A stretch of 64,000 nt of DNA, taken from a virus. The translations under genes were made by a program, and so were the position numbers. Every line of letters begins with the position of its first letter. Position 1 is the first letter of the stretch. Shown one piece after another: positions 39,651 through 48,765 of this stretch. Below the pieces are notes generated by a model that worked only from the letters and a program-made list of their open reading frames with translations, was not told the origin of the DNA and searched no databases. Location of the stretch: IMG/VR virus record IMGVR_UViG_2814123225_000005; one strand, 5' to 3'.

Positions 39651-39752
39651 ATAAGTCTTTATTTATAAATCTTTATAATATAAATCTTTATAGTACACGA
39701 TTTCCGTGGGTAATAATCACGATTTCCGTGAATATGAGCCACGAATTTCGTG
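39651..39752. repeat. Iteron-like array: three 13-bp CACGAWTTYCGTG at exact 22-bp period plus three AT-rich ATAARTCTTT repeats
   Basis: Copies at 39696, 39718, 39740; AT repeats at 39651, 39665, 39680. Confidence 0.8.
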
Positions 39753-39768
39753 AATAAGCTTTACTATA

Positions 39769-40182
39769 CTAAAGCCATGCGGTTAAATCCTCCGAGTCAG
39801 AACCGGAATTACCTCGATTAGCCTCGGGATATTTACGGTAAAACTCCTCTTGGTCTGTAACCGGTGCCTTAACGTAGTAAACGTAATTAGCTCCGAGTGC
39901 TGGTCGTTTATAGTCAATGAGTCCGTATTTCTTTAGCGTTTTAGCTAATTGTCCCGGCATATTAACGCCTATTCCCATGTCCTCGCACATTTGCGCTTGA
40001 GTTGGATACGCATATCCGTATTGGACGTTATACCTGTCACAGAGATACATGTACATCAAAACGTGCTGAGCCTTGAAGTCGGGTAACCGGGTGTATAACG
40101 TAAAAAGCGCCCGATGTACTTCGACATAATTGTCGACGGGCGCGAAAGGTTTCTTAGTCATATACTCCACACTCCACTCCAT
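39769..40182 (-). CDS. Winged-helix (HTH_36-like) DNA-binding protein
   Basis: MYMYL..R.N..YGYAYPTQAQMCEDMG...LKKYGLI. Confidence 0.75.
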   Translation of the reverse strand: MEWSVEYMTKKPFAPVDNYVEVHRALFTLYTRLPDFKAQHVLMYMYLCDRYNVQYGYAYPTQAQMCEDMGIGVNMPGQLAKTLKKYGLIDYKRPALGANYVYYVKAPVTDQEEFYRKYPEANRGNSGSDSEDLTAWL

Positions 40183-40193
40183 GGGATTAAACG

Positions 40194-40376
40194 TTACTTC
40201 GGTTGCTTAGACTCGTCGTACAGATCGAGGGATCGACTCACCACGTCGGCTTTTTCAAATAGCCAGAACTTACCGCCTGTCTTCTCGTTTATCCCGACGC
40301 AGATATACCGATGTCCGCGGGATCGCAAGAAATGAAACATTGACGGCGAGTAGCAGTATAGGTAATCGTTTTTCAC
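40194..40376 (-). CDS. Small phage hypothetical protein
   Basis: YLYCYS..MFHFL...G.RYIC.GIN..TG.KFWLF. Confidence 0.7.
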   Translation of the reverse strand: MKNDYLYCYSPSMFHFLRSRGHRYICVGINEKTGGKFWLFEKADVVSRSLDLYDESKQPK

Positions 40377-40648
40377 TTCAATCCGACTCCTTTATCGTTG
40401 GTATTATCTGGCGTAGGCAGCATAGGACTAATGACGCAAGCTGTTTCGGAGTACCTGCGATCGTGTCCGAGCTTACGCTACGCATAGAGCGCTGATTAAT
40501 GGGTTCAGCGGCACGAAACCTTTGTAGGCTCAGACTATAAGTAAGAGCAACGCAAAAAGACGCCGCAATGGGCGTCTATTTCTTCCGTCATATACTATGA
40601 CCAGCTAACGGGCTATTTTGGAGGTATCACACGTAAATTATTTTTATT

Positions 40649-40879
40649 TTATTTATAGACATTGGACTTGTATTTGGCGTTTTCCTTAAGCTCTTTCCGG
40701 AGTCGTTCGACATCTTGACGTAGATACAAACCGGCCTTACCGATATTTTTTATCGGAGAAATACGGCCGGCCTTATTTAAATCGTTCAATCTTTGTCTAG
40801 ATATGTTGCACTCTTCGCGCACGTCATCTGGAGACATGACGTTGGAGAGGATAAAATTCACTAATTGTTCTCTATCCAC
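40649..40879 (-). CDS. Small MerR-like HTH DNA-binding protein
   Basis: MSPDDVREECNISRQRLNDL.KAGRISPIK..LYLRQDV. Confidence 0.75.
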   Translation of the reverse strand: MDREQLVNFILSNVMSPDDVREECNISRQRLNDLNKAGRISPIKNIGKAGLYLRQDVERLRKELKENAKYKSNVYK

Positions 40880-40888
40880 CGTTTCACT

Positions 40889-40984
40889 TCACTTTCTGGT
40901 TTTTGCTATCGTTATTATAGTCATAATAACAAAATACGCAGTAAGTGCAAGCACTCCACAAGTTAGTAACTCGACTATATCCAC
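40889..40984 (-). CDS. 31-aa hydrophobic peptide
   Basis: GGAGG-7-GTG; MDIVELLTCGVLALTAYFVIMTIITIAKTRK. Confidence 0.65.
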   Translation of the reverse strand: MDIVELLTCGVLALTAYFVIMTIITIAKTRK

Positions 40985-41008
40985 GTCGGTTCCTCCTTCC
41001 GAGAAAAC

Positions 41009-41037
41009 TTGACTATATACATAATAGAGGGTACGAT
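41009..41037 (+). promoter_or_regulatory. Antisense SigA-type promoter
   Basis: TTGACT-17-TACGAT pointing into the 3' end of the 52-aa ORF. Confidence 0.55.
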
Positions 41038-41082
41038 AAGCATATAATACGGTTGGAGGTAGGAAGGGCCGAAGCCCTCCGC

Positions 41083-41241
41083 TTACCTTCGATTTCTGAC
41101 CCGCCTGTTCCGTCTTGCCCACGGAGCAGGTTTTCTTATTGCCGTCCTATGATTTATCTTAGCTGTTTGGTAGTTTAAGTAAGCACCGATGCAGGCAAGA
41201 CCTGTGGCAATAAGGGGTAAGTATTTTTCTAAGTTGACCAA
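41083..41241 (-). CDS. 52-aa YonT-like type I toxin candidate
   Basis: AAAGGAGG-8-TTG; MVNLEKYLPLIATGLACIGAYLNY...WARRNRRVRNRR; promoter TTGACA-17-TATTAT (41317-41289). Confidence 0.6.
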   Translation of the reverse strand: MVNLEKYLPLIATGLACIGAYLNYQTAKINHRTAIRKPAPWARRNRRVRNRR

Positions 41242-41357
41242 CCGTACATCCTCCTTTCTGGAGTACGTTTCCCGTACCCTCTACAAATATAATAACAAAT
41301 GAACATACATTTGTCAACACATATAGATAAAAACCACCGCATAGGGTGGCTTTTGTT

Positions 41358-41810
41358 TTATATATAATAAGTAGATATAGGACCGGGTGCCGTGTCTTTT
41401 CGATATTGTGCCTTACGTTCCGCATTGAGTATTTTTGCATTCTTGTCTATGAAAGATGTTTCCCACTTGTTACGTTTTCGGCGCTTGCCTGCCTTGTGGT
41501 TCCGCCCATCCATACCAATATACTCCTCAGCTTTTACCGTAGTTTCTTTTTTGTGTCTGCGGTCTAGTTGACGTTCTGAGAAGAACGGGTACTCAGTTTG
41601 CGTTACTTTGTCGGAATAGTTATTGTTTAGCTCTTCCAGCAGCAAGTAATCGGCCAATCTCTCTAACTGCAAAGGCTCTGGCGTCCCTCCCGTAGAATCT
41701 ACATACGCATCGGTCAGCGCTTCTACCTCACTAATTCTCTCTGATCTATCGGAAATATTCTTCTCGATTATGTCCGTTACTGCCTCGCAGAATGTTATTC
41801 TATCGTTCAA
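41358..41810 (-). CDS. Hypothetical protein coupled to sigma-like HTH gene
   Basis: LERLADYLLLEEL; overlap with upstream gene. Confidence 0.75.
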   Translation of the reverse strand: MNDRITFCEAVTDIIEKNISDRSERISEVEALTDAYVDSTGGTPEPLQLERLADYLLLEELNNNYSDKVTQTEYPFFSERQLDRRHKKETTVKAEEYIGMDGRNHKAGKRRKRNKWETSFIDKNAKILNAERKAQYRKDTAPGPISTYYI

Positions 41811-42207
41811 TATCTCGTTCCCCTTCCGTCTCGGTGTATTCTACGATGATCTCTCCGTAATTCCATCGCTTATAAATTGCCGCTAATTTGCCGTAAACCT
41901 CGTTCACAAACTGAGTGACTGACCGCCTGCCTACACCCATAACTTTTGCGGCCTCTTGATGTGTAAGCTGCCATTTCCCGTGGACCAACGCAAGGGCCTC
42001 CGCTTGCCTTTGCGTCAGTCCTGCCGACTCAATCGCGCTGGATAAATCGATAAGTATATCGGATGCCGCCGTGTCGCCTTTAAACCTGCGCTCAGCAATC
42101 CGGTACCTGTCCCGCAGGAGCCTTGCGACTCCCTTAGGCGTGTTTAGTGCGTAGGTTTGCGTGTACTTACGGTCTTTCTCGTGGATATCGATTTTTACAC
42201 TACCCAT
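41800..42207 (-). CDS. Sigma-70 region 4-type HTH regulator
   Basis: LTQRQAEALALV...LTHQEAAKVMGV.R.SV. Confidence 0.75.
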   Translation of the reverse strand: MGSVKIDIHEKDRKYTQTYALNTPKGVARLLRDRYRIAERRFKGDTAASDILIDLSSAIESAGLTQRQAEALALVHGKWQLTHQEAAKVMGVGRRSVTQFVNEVYGKLAAIYKRWNYGEIIVEYTETEGERDIER

Positions 42208-43472
42208 TCGGTTACCTCCTCTTGGCTTTTAATCATCGGTACTAATCGTTGAGCTATTGCATGTGTAACATTGACGGTTACAGCATTGCCTGCTTGTTTA
42301 TATAACTGCGAGTCACTAACGCCTGCGGACCGGGCTTTGTCTAATTGATCGTCTGTAAATCCTTGGAGCCGCCAGCACTCGCGCGGTGTGAGCTTGCGGA
42401 TTCGATACCGAGAAGTTGATTCCGTAACTACTTGTGGCACCTTGTCTAGCCTCGCTGCCTGTAAGGTCCCAGTCTCGTCGTATTTTACGGTTGTAGTTGT
42501 ACTGTGCGTTTTCTGAATAACAGTAAATTTCTCAAGAACATAGTTGTTGTGTTCGTATGCGCTTGTTGTAAGCGTAGGGGCAACGTCGTAAACTCTACCA
42601 GATGAGTTTCTGCCCCGAGGTCGCTGTAGAATTTTCGGCGTTGTATTCCCACTGGAGCCGGTCGGAATTGTTGGAGCTACACTTTCCGCCGAGTACACAC
42701 GTTTACAGATATCATGACCGTTAACCTCGGCTAGACGGCCGACTACACGTACCGAATCTGATTTGGAGCTAATTTCCTCCGACAGTTTCAATGTTTTATC
42801 AGGGCTTAGGTAATACTTCTCGTCTACTTCCGGCTCTAGGATGTCCCTAAGTCTGGTCATGACCTCGCCGTTCTTCGGCCAATCAAAATTAAATGTACGT
42901 GCCCCCATCGCTTGCAGTCTCCGTTTTGCCTTCGCAAGAACCCCGTTACCTTCTATACTCCATGCCTCGGGCTCAACATCGCGGGAGCATACGATAAATA
43001 CTCGTTCACGGCTCTGCGGGACTCCGTAAAATTTACTATTTAGTATCGAAAAGTCAACTGCGTACCCGATGTCATTTAACGTTTGAACCATGATGTCGAG
43101 CGTCCGCCCCTTATCGTGTGACAACAAACCTTTTACGTTTTCAAGAAACATTAATTTCGGCCTTTTCGCTCGAGCTATACGAGCTATTTCGAAAAATAAA
43201 GTCCCTCTAGTATCCCCAAACCCTTTACGTTGCCCGGCCACCGAAAACGCTTGACACGGGAACCCTCCGACAAGCAGATCGTGCTCTGGCACGTCCTTTG
43301 CGTCAATCTTCGTAATGTCACCGTGCAACTCGGGCGCACCATCGTACATTGCTCGATACGAGATTGTCGCGAATTTATCAATCTCTGATGCAAATGTGCA
43401 AATTCCGCCTAATTGATCGAGTGCTGATCGAAATCCTCCGATGCCCGCGAATAGCTCAACGTATGTGAACAA
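42195..43472 (-). CDS. DNA (cytosine-5) methyltransferase
   Basis: ELFAGIGG, GGFPCQAFS, ENVKGL, PQSRERVF, LTPREC.RLQGF, KQAGNAV. Confidence 0.97.
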   Translation of the reverse strand: MFTYVELFAGIGGFRSALDQLGGICTFASEIDKFATISYRAMYDGAPELHGDITKIDAKDVPEHDLLVGGFPCQAFSVAGQRKGFGDTRGTLFFEIARIARAKRPKLMFLENVKGLLSHDKGRTLDIMVQTLNDIGYAVDFSILNSKFYGVPQSRERVFIVCSRDVEPEAWSIEGNGVLAKAKRRLQAMGARTFNFDWPKNGEVMTRLRDILEPEVDEKYYLSPDKTLKLSEEISSKSDSVRVVGRLAEVNGHDICKRVYSAESVAPTIPTGSSGNTTPKILQRPRGRNSSGRVYDVAPTLTTSAYEHNNYVLEKFTVIQKTHSTTTTVKYDETGTLQAARLDKVPQVVTESTSRYRIRKLTPRECWRLQGFTDDQLDKARSAGVSDSQLYKQAGNAVTVNVTHAIAQRLVPMIKSQEEVTEWVV

Positions 43473-43485
43473 TTAACCGCCTCCT

Positions 43486-44697
43486 TTAGCTCGCCCAATT
43501 TTCTACAATTGCGTCTTGCCAACTGAAATCACTCGTCGACCATTCTACGCCGCCTACGACGGTCTCCTCACCGGCTCCTAGCGTGAGCTCATTCCAGTGA
43601 TATGGCCCTTCGGGATATGTCCTTTCAGCATCACTCAAGCCATCGCACGTATCATTCCCGTGCGAAAAGAAAAAGCCTTCGCAGTCCTTTGTCGTGTGCC
43701 ATGATGGCATATGCGGGTATAGATTATCGCGTATCAACGTTCCTTTGAAATCGCCTAACAAATCGTCGAGCTGCGTCTTGCCGTCGCCCCATTTATCTGT
43801 CGTTTTGCCTTTCGCATCCCAGCCGATATCAGTTATTTTTGCGAAATATGCAGGAGTCTGGCCGGCCAGAAACCTACCGCCGTACCCTGAAATATCCTCT
43901 AGACCACCTCGACGAAAATTACTTGCCCAACGCTTGGTGACCGTCTCAATTAACGGCGTGCCCGGCGGCGCCTTACGTAGGATGATAATTTGCGTCGGGA
44001 TTGTCGTGCCCGTGTGCATAAACGTTTCTCCCGGCAGCATGATAGTAGCGACCTGCCAGCACGTTTCGTACATTAATTTACGGACTTTTTTGGCGTGACC
44101 GGCGAACGAAATTCCCGTAGGAAGAATAAACGCAATGTATCCGCCCGGCCTAGCTGCTCTAATAGCCAACTCTATAAACGCAGCCTCCGATTTCCCCCGA
44201 TATATTCCCTTCTTTTTTGATAGCGTTAGGTACTCTTTTTCCGTTTCGACCGTTTCCCCGTATGGCGGATTACCGATGACGAGATCGTAGTAATCGCGCC
44301 GGTCGTGATCGAGTGCATTACCGAGGATAACATCAGCGTGTGGGTAGATTAGCTGCGTAACCCTTGCGCTTGTCTCGTCTATCTCAAGCGCCGTTATTTC
44401 GGCGTCGGGCGGCAAGTGCTCTAGAAATACGCCTGAACCTACGGACGGCTCTAAAACACGCATATTTTCCGGGAATCCTTCGTATAAATTTCGTATGACT
44501 CCGACCATAAATCGGGCTACATGGGTCGGCGTAAAGAACGCACCTCCGTTAAATCCTTTCGGTAACAGACCGCCCATTGAAGTATAATTCTGACGTAAAA
44601 AATCGATATCTTCCGGCGTAACGTCCTCGGGGTTTTTGGCAACGATCTCCATCGATTTAACGTTAGCTGCCCAGCGTTTTCTGTCGGCTTTTCCTAC
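43486..44697 (-). CDS. N6-adenine DNA methyltransferase (gamma-type), orphan
   Basis: GAFFTP; VLEPSVGSG; IGNPPY; N-terminus probably MGKADRKRW from GTA 44697. Confidence 0.9.
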   Translation of the reverse strand, partial: VGKADRKRWAANVKSMEIVAKNPEDVTPEDIDFLRQNYTSMGGLLPKGFNGGAFFTPTHVARFMVGVIRNLYEGFPENMRVLEPSVGSGVFLEHLPPDAEITALEIDETSARVTQLIYPHADVILGNALDHDRRDYYDLVIGNPPYGETVETEKEYLTLSKKKGIYRGKSEAAFIELAIRAARPGGYIAFILPTGISFAGHAKKVRKLMYETCWQVATIMLPGETFMHTGTTIPTQIIILRKAPPGTPLIETVTKRWASNFRRGGLEDISGYGGRFLAGQTPAYFAKITDIGWDAKGKTTDKWGDGKTQLDDLLGDFKGTLIRDNLYPHMPSWHTTKDCEGFFFSHGNDTCDGLSDAERTYPEGPYHWNELTLGAGEETVVGGVEWSTSDFSWQDAIVENWAS

Positions 44698-44778
44698 GGT
44701 AATCTCCCCTTTCGTTTACATCGCTTGTATTTACGTGTTATAATCGTTGTAAAATCGTTTATTAATGGGGTGTTCAAA

Positions 44779-45162
44779 ATGCCAAAGGTTGAAATCGAAG
44801 TGTGGGCGAATGATGGCGCCCGCAGCGGTGAGCCATACGTCAGCACAGATGTACACGGCCGCCTGCGCCTGAGTGCCGGCTTAATCGACATGCTAAGTTG
44901 CCGGGACATGCCGATTAAGCTTTACGTCGGGTACGACAAAGCGAATAAACGCATCGCACTCGGTAAGGAAGACGTGATCAAAGCGCCCGACGCTAACCCA
45001 GTTTTGTTCGATCGTACACGTCATTACGGCTGGGCCCGTAGGTTTTATGATAAGTTCGGCATTCCCGCCGAGACCGCCCGGTACTATTACGACGGCAAGT
45101 ACCAAGGCTGGTTGATGTTTAAACGAGATGGTTACGATGCTCCCGACGGGCGCGGACAATGA
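44779..45162 (+). CDS. Opposite-strand hypothetical protein
   Basis: ATG after GGGGTG; open 127 aa. Confidence 0.65.
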   Translation: MPKVEIEVWANDGARSGEPYVSTDVHGRLRLSAGLIDMLSCRDMPIKLYVGYDKANKRIALGKEDVIKAPDANPVLFDRTRHYGWARRFYDKFGIPAETARYYYDGKYQGWLMFKRDGYDAPDGRGQ

Positions 45163-45682
45163 TATCGTCGATCTGTTCGTATAAGTCGAACAGATCGCCA
45201 TTGTTGTCGATCTCGTAATCAACGGCGAAGCTGTCGATATGCTTCTCCGTTTCGTGCATCAAGTCCGCATAGTGAAAGTGGTCTCTTGACTCGACAGCCC
45301 GCAGGATTCGCAGGCCATCCGTTGCATTGACGCGAATTACGACGTACCCCGACGATTTGACCCAGATTAGCTCATTTGGCTGCCTCACGTCCGTAATGAC
45401 GATAGGCCTGCCGTCTTTTCTGGCGGCGATCTGGCTCATTGTGCGGACGACCCATACGTCATGCCCGTATCTCTCCCGCATCGTCTGGCCGTGCTCTTGA
45501 TACGCAGCGCGCGGCTTCGGATGGCGGGGAACAGCGGGATTATCGCGGTGGAAATCGTCCTTTACACCGTCGCCGAAAGCATAACGGGCGTATCCGCATC
45601 TCTCGATTAGGTATTCGGCGACGGTGTCCTTTCCTGCGCGAAGCTTGCCGGTGAGGGCAATGTTAGGCAAGGTAGGCATCAA
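45119..45682 (-). CDS. Deoxynucleotide monophosphate kinase
   Basis: IALTGKLRAGKDTVA; VITDVRQPNE; HETE. Confidence 0.85.
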   Translation of the reverse strand: MMPTLPNIALTGKLRAGKDTVAEYLIERCGYARYAFGDGVKDDFHRDNPAVPRHPKPRAAYQEHGQTMRERYGHDVWVVRTMSQIAARKDGRPIVITDVRQPNELIWVKSSGYVVIRVNATDGLRILRAVESRDHFHYADLMHETEKHIDSFAVDYEIDNNGDLFDLYEQIDDIIVRARREHRNHLV

Positions 45683-46538
45683 GCGCGCCCTCCTCGCGTG
45701 AGTCGTCGATTATCCGTCTTCCCCTCGCATAGTCTACACCTAGATACATACGACTACCGCTAATAAACCACGAGTTGTGATCTACCACCTCGGCTGCGTA
45801 TACTAGTGGTATTAACGGATGGGTATACCCAACGATATCCCCTTCACGTATCTCCGTAGGATTCGGCACGCTCAGATATTCCGCAGGCACCTCTAGCCCC
45901 AGTGCACGCCTGAGTGCAATGGCTCGACCGATGTGCGAGTTGAATACGTCTCCGGGTGCGCATTTTGCAATGCCTCTTGCGTAAATCTCCTTTTTAAAGG
46001 CACTACGAAGCAGGCATACTACCGTCTTCTTTCTGCGATTAACAATATACTCTGCGAATGAAGCGCCGAAGTGTCTTACTCTATAAAACGGAGGGTTACT
46101 ATCCGTAAAATGTCTTATAAAGTGAACATACCCGTATTCGTTTATCGCAAGTCCCTCAATATCAGTCTTCGCCTTTGCGACGATCTCATCACGGATTTCC
46201 TGCGGCGATTTCGGCTCCTCCAGTTTTGATACGCGGAGGGCCAACGTTGCTAGCTCGCCAGTGAGACGCTCCATTTCGTTCTTGATGTCGGAAATTTCAT
46301 CGGGTTCTTCGATTGGCTCAAGGACTACGTATTCACTACTCCAGAGAGTGTACAACCGCCCCTCCTCGTCCTCGTCGCCGATACGCCTACACAAGACACC
46401 ATTAGCACAAGTTTTAATAACTTCAAACTTATCCCCATTCTCGTAGTAACGCCCCCAGTACGGCTTCGCATCAACTGCCCGAATCTTTTCTCCTACCTTA
46501 GCAGCTCGTTTAACCTTCCGGTATTTTACGTTCTCCAT
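45663..46538 (-). CDS. Phage hypothetical protein (KOW-like repeats, coiled coil)
   Basis: VKRAAKVGEKI; GIAKCAPGDVFN.HIG.AIALRRA. Confidence 0.75.
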   Translation of the reverse strand: MENVKYRKVKRAAKVGEKIRAVDAKPYWGRYYENGDKFEVIKTCANGVLCRRIGDEDEEGRLYTLWSSEYVVLEPIEEPDEISDIKNEMERLTGELATLALRVSKLEEPKSPQEIRDEIVAKAKTDIEGLAINEYGYVHFIRHFTDSNPPFYRVRHFGASFAEYIVNRRKKTVVCLLRSAFKKEIYARGIAKCAPGDVFNSHIGRAIALRRALGLEVPAEYLSVPNPTEIREGDIVGYTHPLIPLVYAAEVVDHNSWFISGSRMYLGVDYARGRRIIDDSREEGALDAYLA

Positions 46539-46541
46539 GCC

Positions 46542-47006
46542 CTATTCCTCCTTAATTTTTCCTCTATAAAACGACATCATATCGTCTTTCACGATGATTG
46601 CAGGTGAATATGGGTCATTTTCCAACAACATTCGTGCTTTCTTCCAAGGGTCTTCGCCGTGGGTTAAAGCTTCTAACACCTTCACATCAAGTCGACCATA
46701 CCTCTCCCAAACTTGGTCTAAAACGTGTAGCTGGTTATCATCAAAGATGGAATCTTCCTGAAAACCTTCTGTGTTCTCTTTAATTGGGCTCCAACCAAAT
46801 TTCTTATAATCAAGGTAAAGTTTGTAGTTTACTGGACCGTGAACCCAGGCTTCAAATTCATCATCAAACATAGATTCACCAAAGAAAGCCAAGTACCATG
46901 CTTGTGCATAGTAACATAGTTTCTGCAATTTAAGATGACATAGGAGTTCACGCCTAGAGTTTGCATATTTGATGAAGTACTTTGCTACTTCGTATATAGT
47001 TACCAT
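46542..47006 (-). CDS. Panacea-domain (SocA/GepA/DUF4065) antitoxin-like protein
   Basis: HLKLQKLCYYAQAW; FEAWVHGPV; L.ALTHGEDPW. Confidence 0.92.
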   Translation of the reverse strand: MVTIYEVAKYFIKYANSRRELLCHLKLQKLCYYAQAWYLAFFGESMFDDEFEAWVHGPVNYKLYLDYKKFGWSPIKENTEGFQEDSIFDDNQLHVLDQVWERYGRLDVKVLEALTHGEDPWKKARMLLENDPYSPAIIVKDDMMSFYRGKIKEE

Positions 47007-47317
47007 ATTTCCTCCCCGACAGGCTCACCGAAATCAATCCCCTCATGGCGGTTTTCGTCGTTGATACTTGCGCAGAGTTCGTCGAGTGTCGGAGCCGATT
47101 TACGCCTAAGTAGCTGTAACATATCCTCGCCAGTTAACTCGATAATTACATAATCCTCACGGTTTCGCTTAAGCCGGTTGCTCCAGTAAGACAGTGCCCA
47201 CTTTGCAGTTCCTTCGGTTCGATATGCAGACTTGCCTGCTGCCATACAACCACCAGTCTTTCGGTTTACGATAACCCAAATATTCCAATCTTCCCCGTGT
47301 GTAAACGTAATTTTCAT
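47000..47317 (-). CDS. Hypothetical protein with MazE-like C-terminal tail
   Basis: PTLDELCASINDENRHEGIDFGEPVGEEIW*. Confidence 0.7.
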   Translation of the reverse strand: MKITFTHGEDWNIWVIVNRKTGGCMAAGKSAYRTEGTAKWALSYWSNRLKRNREDYVIIELTGEDMLQLLRRKSAPTLDELCASINDENRHEGIDFGEPVGEEIW

Positions 47318-47318
47318 A

Positions 47319-47708
47319 CTAAGATTCCTCCGTATATTTTTTATATTGGTACGCTGCACGTTGCGCCTCTCTTGTACCACTAATCGGAGCCCCCACGCGC
47401 AGGGCCTCTTTGACAAAATCTTCGTCTCCGTCCCCACACGGTAGGCCTTGCGTAAATAGGTACCAGTGTACAAGCTCGTGTAATAACGTATCAAGGACTT
47501 CCGATATCGGCAGACTTGCGTTTACTTTTCTGCTAAATCGTAGTACAGTCGTTCCGTCGTCGTAACCTGTAAAGTAGCCAATGCGACGTTTCCAGTCTCG
47601 GTTAACCAATTCGATTTTCCCCGTATACTCGGTCGCCCAGTGTTTACGGCACAGTCTATTTGCATGATCGTAAAGCTCTTCTAGAGTCATATCGCCAGCG
47701 TCCGACAT
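47319..47708 (-). CDS. SprT-like zinc metalloprotease domain protein
   Basis: DTLLHELVHW; D.DEDF. Confidence 0.8.
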   Translation of the reverse strand: MSDAGDMTLEELYDHANRLCRKHWATEYTGKIELVNRDWKRRIGYFTGYDDGTTVLRFSRKVNASLPISEVLDTLLHELVHWYLFTQGLPCGDGDEDFVKEALRVGAPISGTREAQRAAYQYKKYTEES

Positions 47709-47722
47709 CTATTCGACCTCCT

Positions 47723-47944
47723 CTATTCCCTTTCCCACACTACTTCCATTTTTAACCCGGCATCAAAATCATCTATGTGTACAACCTCTATATCACCTGT
47801 ATCCAATACTACTGTCATAGTGTCTTCACTTACTTTTTTTACTAAAGCAAGTGCGTCCCATTCATATCCATCTTTGTCATAACCGGAGATATAAACGGCA
47901 TTTCCGATTAAAGACTGTTCAAACTCTTTTTTCGCTGAAAACAT
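47723..47944 (-). CDS. Hypothetical protein
   Basis: SD AAGGAGG. Confidence 0.6.
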   Translation of the reverse strand: MFSAKKEFEQSLIGNAVYISGYDKDGYEWDALALVKKVSEDTMTVVLDTGDIEVVHIDDFDAGLKMEVVWERE

Positions 47945-47994
47945 CCGTTCTCATTCCTCCTTATCGCTGCGTCACTTCCTAGTGCGACGCTATA

Positions 47995-48156
47995 TTAATG
48001 CCCCTTCCCCCAGCAAGTTTCACATCTCCAGCTTTTACATGATTCTTCACTGGTCAACCATAAATATTCATATCCAAACTTAGCTGCTTCATACGCTTCT
48101 TCAGGTGTATCGTACGTTGCCAAAATATAATCATCTACCTTAATTCCGTATATCAT
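47995..48156 (-). pseudogene. Chimeric/truncated copy of prophage 1 gene 4945-5295
   Basis: 83 bp identical to 5214-5296, then unrelated sequence. Confidence 0.6.
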
Positions 48157-48185
48157 TTCGCTACCTCCATTTGGTTTATTAAGAC

Positions 48186-48626
48186 TTACTGTACCCCCGT
48201 ATGTCCGAATCCGCCTGCTCCGCGCGTTGTATCGCTAAGCTCATCAACAACGGTAAACTTCGCACGCTCTACCGGGGCAATGATACCTTGCGCCAGACGA
48301 TCGCCTTTTTGGATTAGATAACTAGCCAACTTTACATTTAAATGGGCAAGCTTTGTTAATGTGTTCTCAAACATAAGCTGTACTTCCCCGCGATAGTCTG
48401 AGTCAGGTAGGCCGACGTTGTCTAAAGCTTTAAGGATCGCTTCGTGCGTGATCTTTTCGGCCGGGAACTCTTGCTTTGACGTAATGGTTTCGATGAGACT
48501 TTCGGTATATTCCGCCGTATCCAAATGAGGATATCGACGGGTTGCCGACTGGATAAACGCAAGTAACCTCGGCTCGTCAAAAGGGAGTTGCCTACTTCCG
48601 TTGTTTTTCGTGATTACGGTATTTAT
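48186..48626 (-). pseudogene. Deletion fusion: ribonucleotide reductase alpha N-terminus joined to dUTPase C-terminus
   Basis: (M)NTVITKNNG.RQLPFD..RL ATP-cone-like start; then DSDYRGE, KGDRLAQ, RGAGGFGHTG dUTPase motifs 3-5; motifs 1-2 absent. Confidence 0.8.
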
Positions 48627-48765
48627 ATCTGATCTCCTCCAATTCCAGCCTATACTCGTCAAGCCTTTTACGATACAGATCAAGATCACGCTCTTTTATG
48701 TCGATGCACCTCTGCAAATCTGCGATTAGGTACTCAAGGGTATGAACGTAATCCTCCAGCGTCAT
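48592..48765 (-). CDS. Small coiled-coil hypothetical protein
   Basis: ATGA overlap with ruvC stop. Confidence 0.6.
   Translation of the reverse strand: MTLEDYVHTLEYLIADLQRCIDIKERDLDLYRKRLDEYRLELEEIRYKYRNHEKQRK

Noticed and set aside
40380-40640. Riboswitch or ncRNA in this intergenic gap
   Set aside because: Short hairpins and a terminator are present, but I could not recognise a promoter-terminator pair or known motif; needs an Rfam/Infernal search
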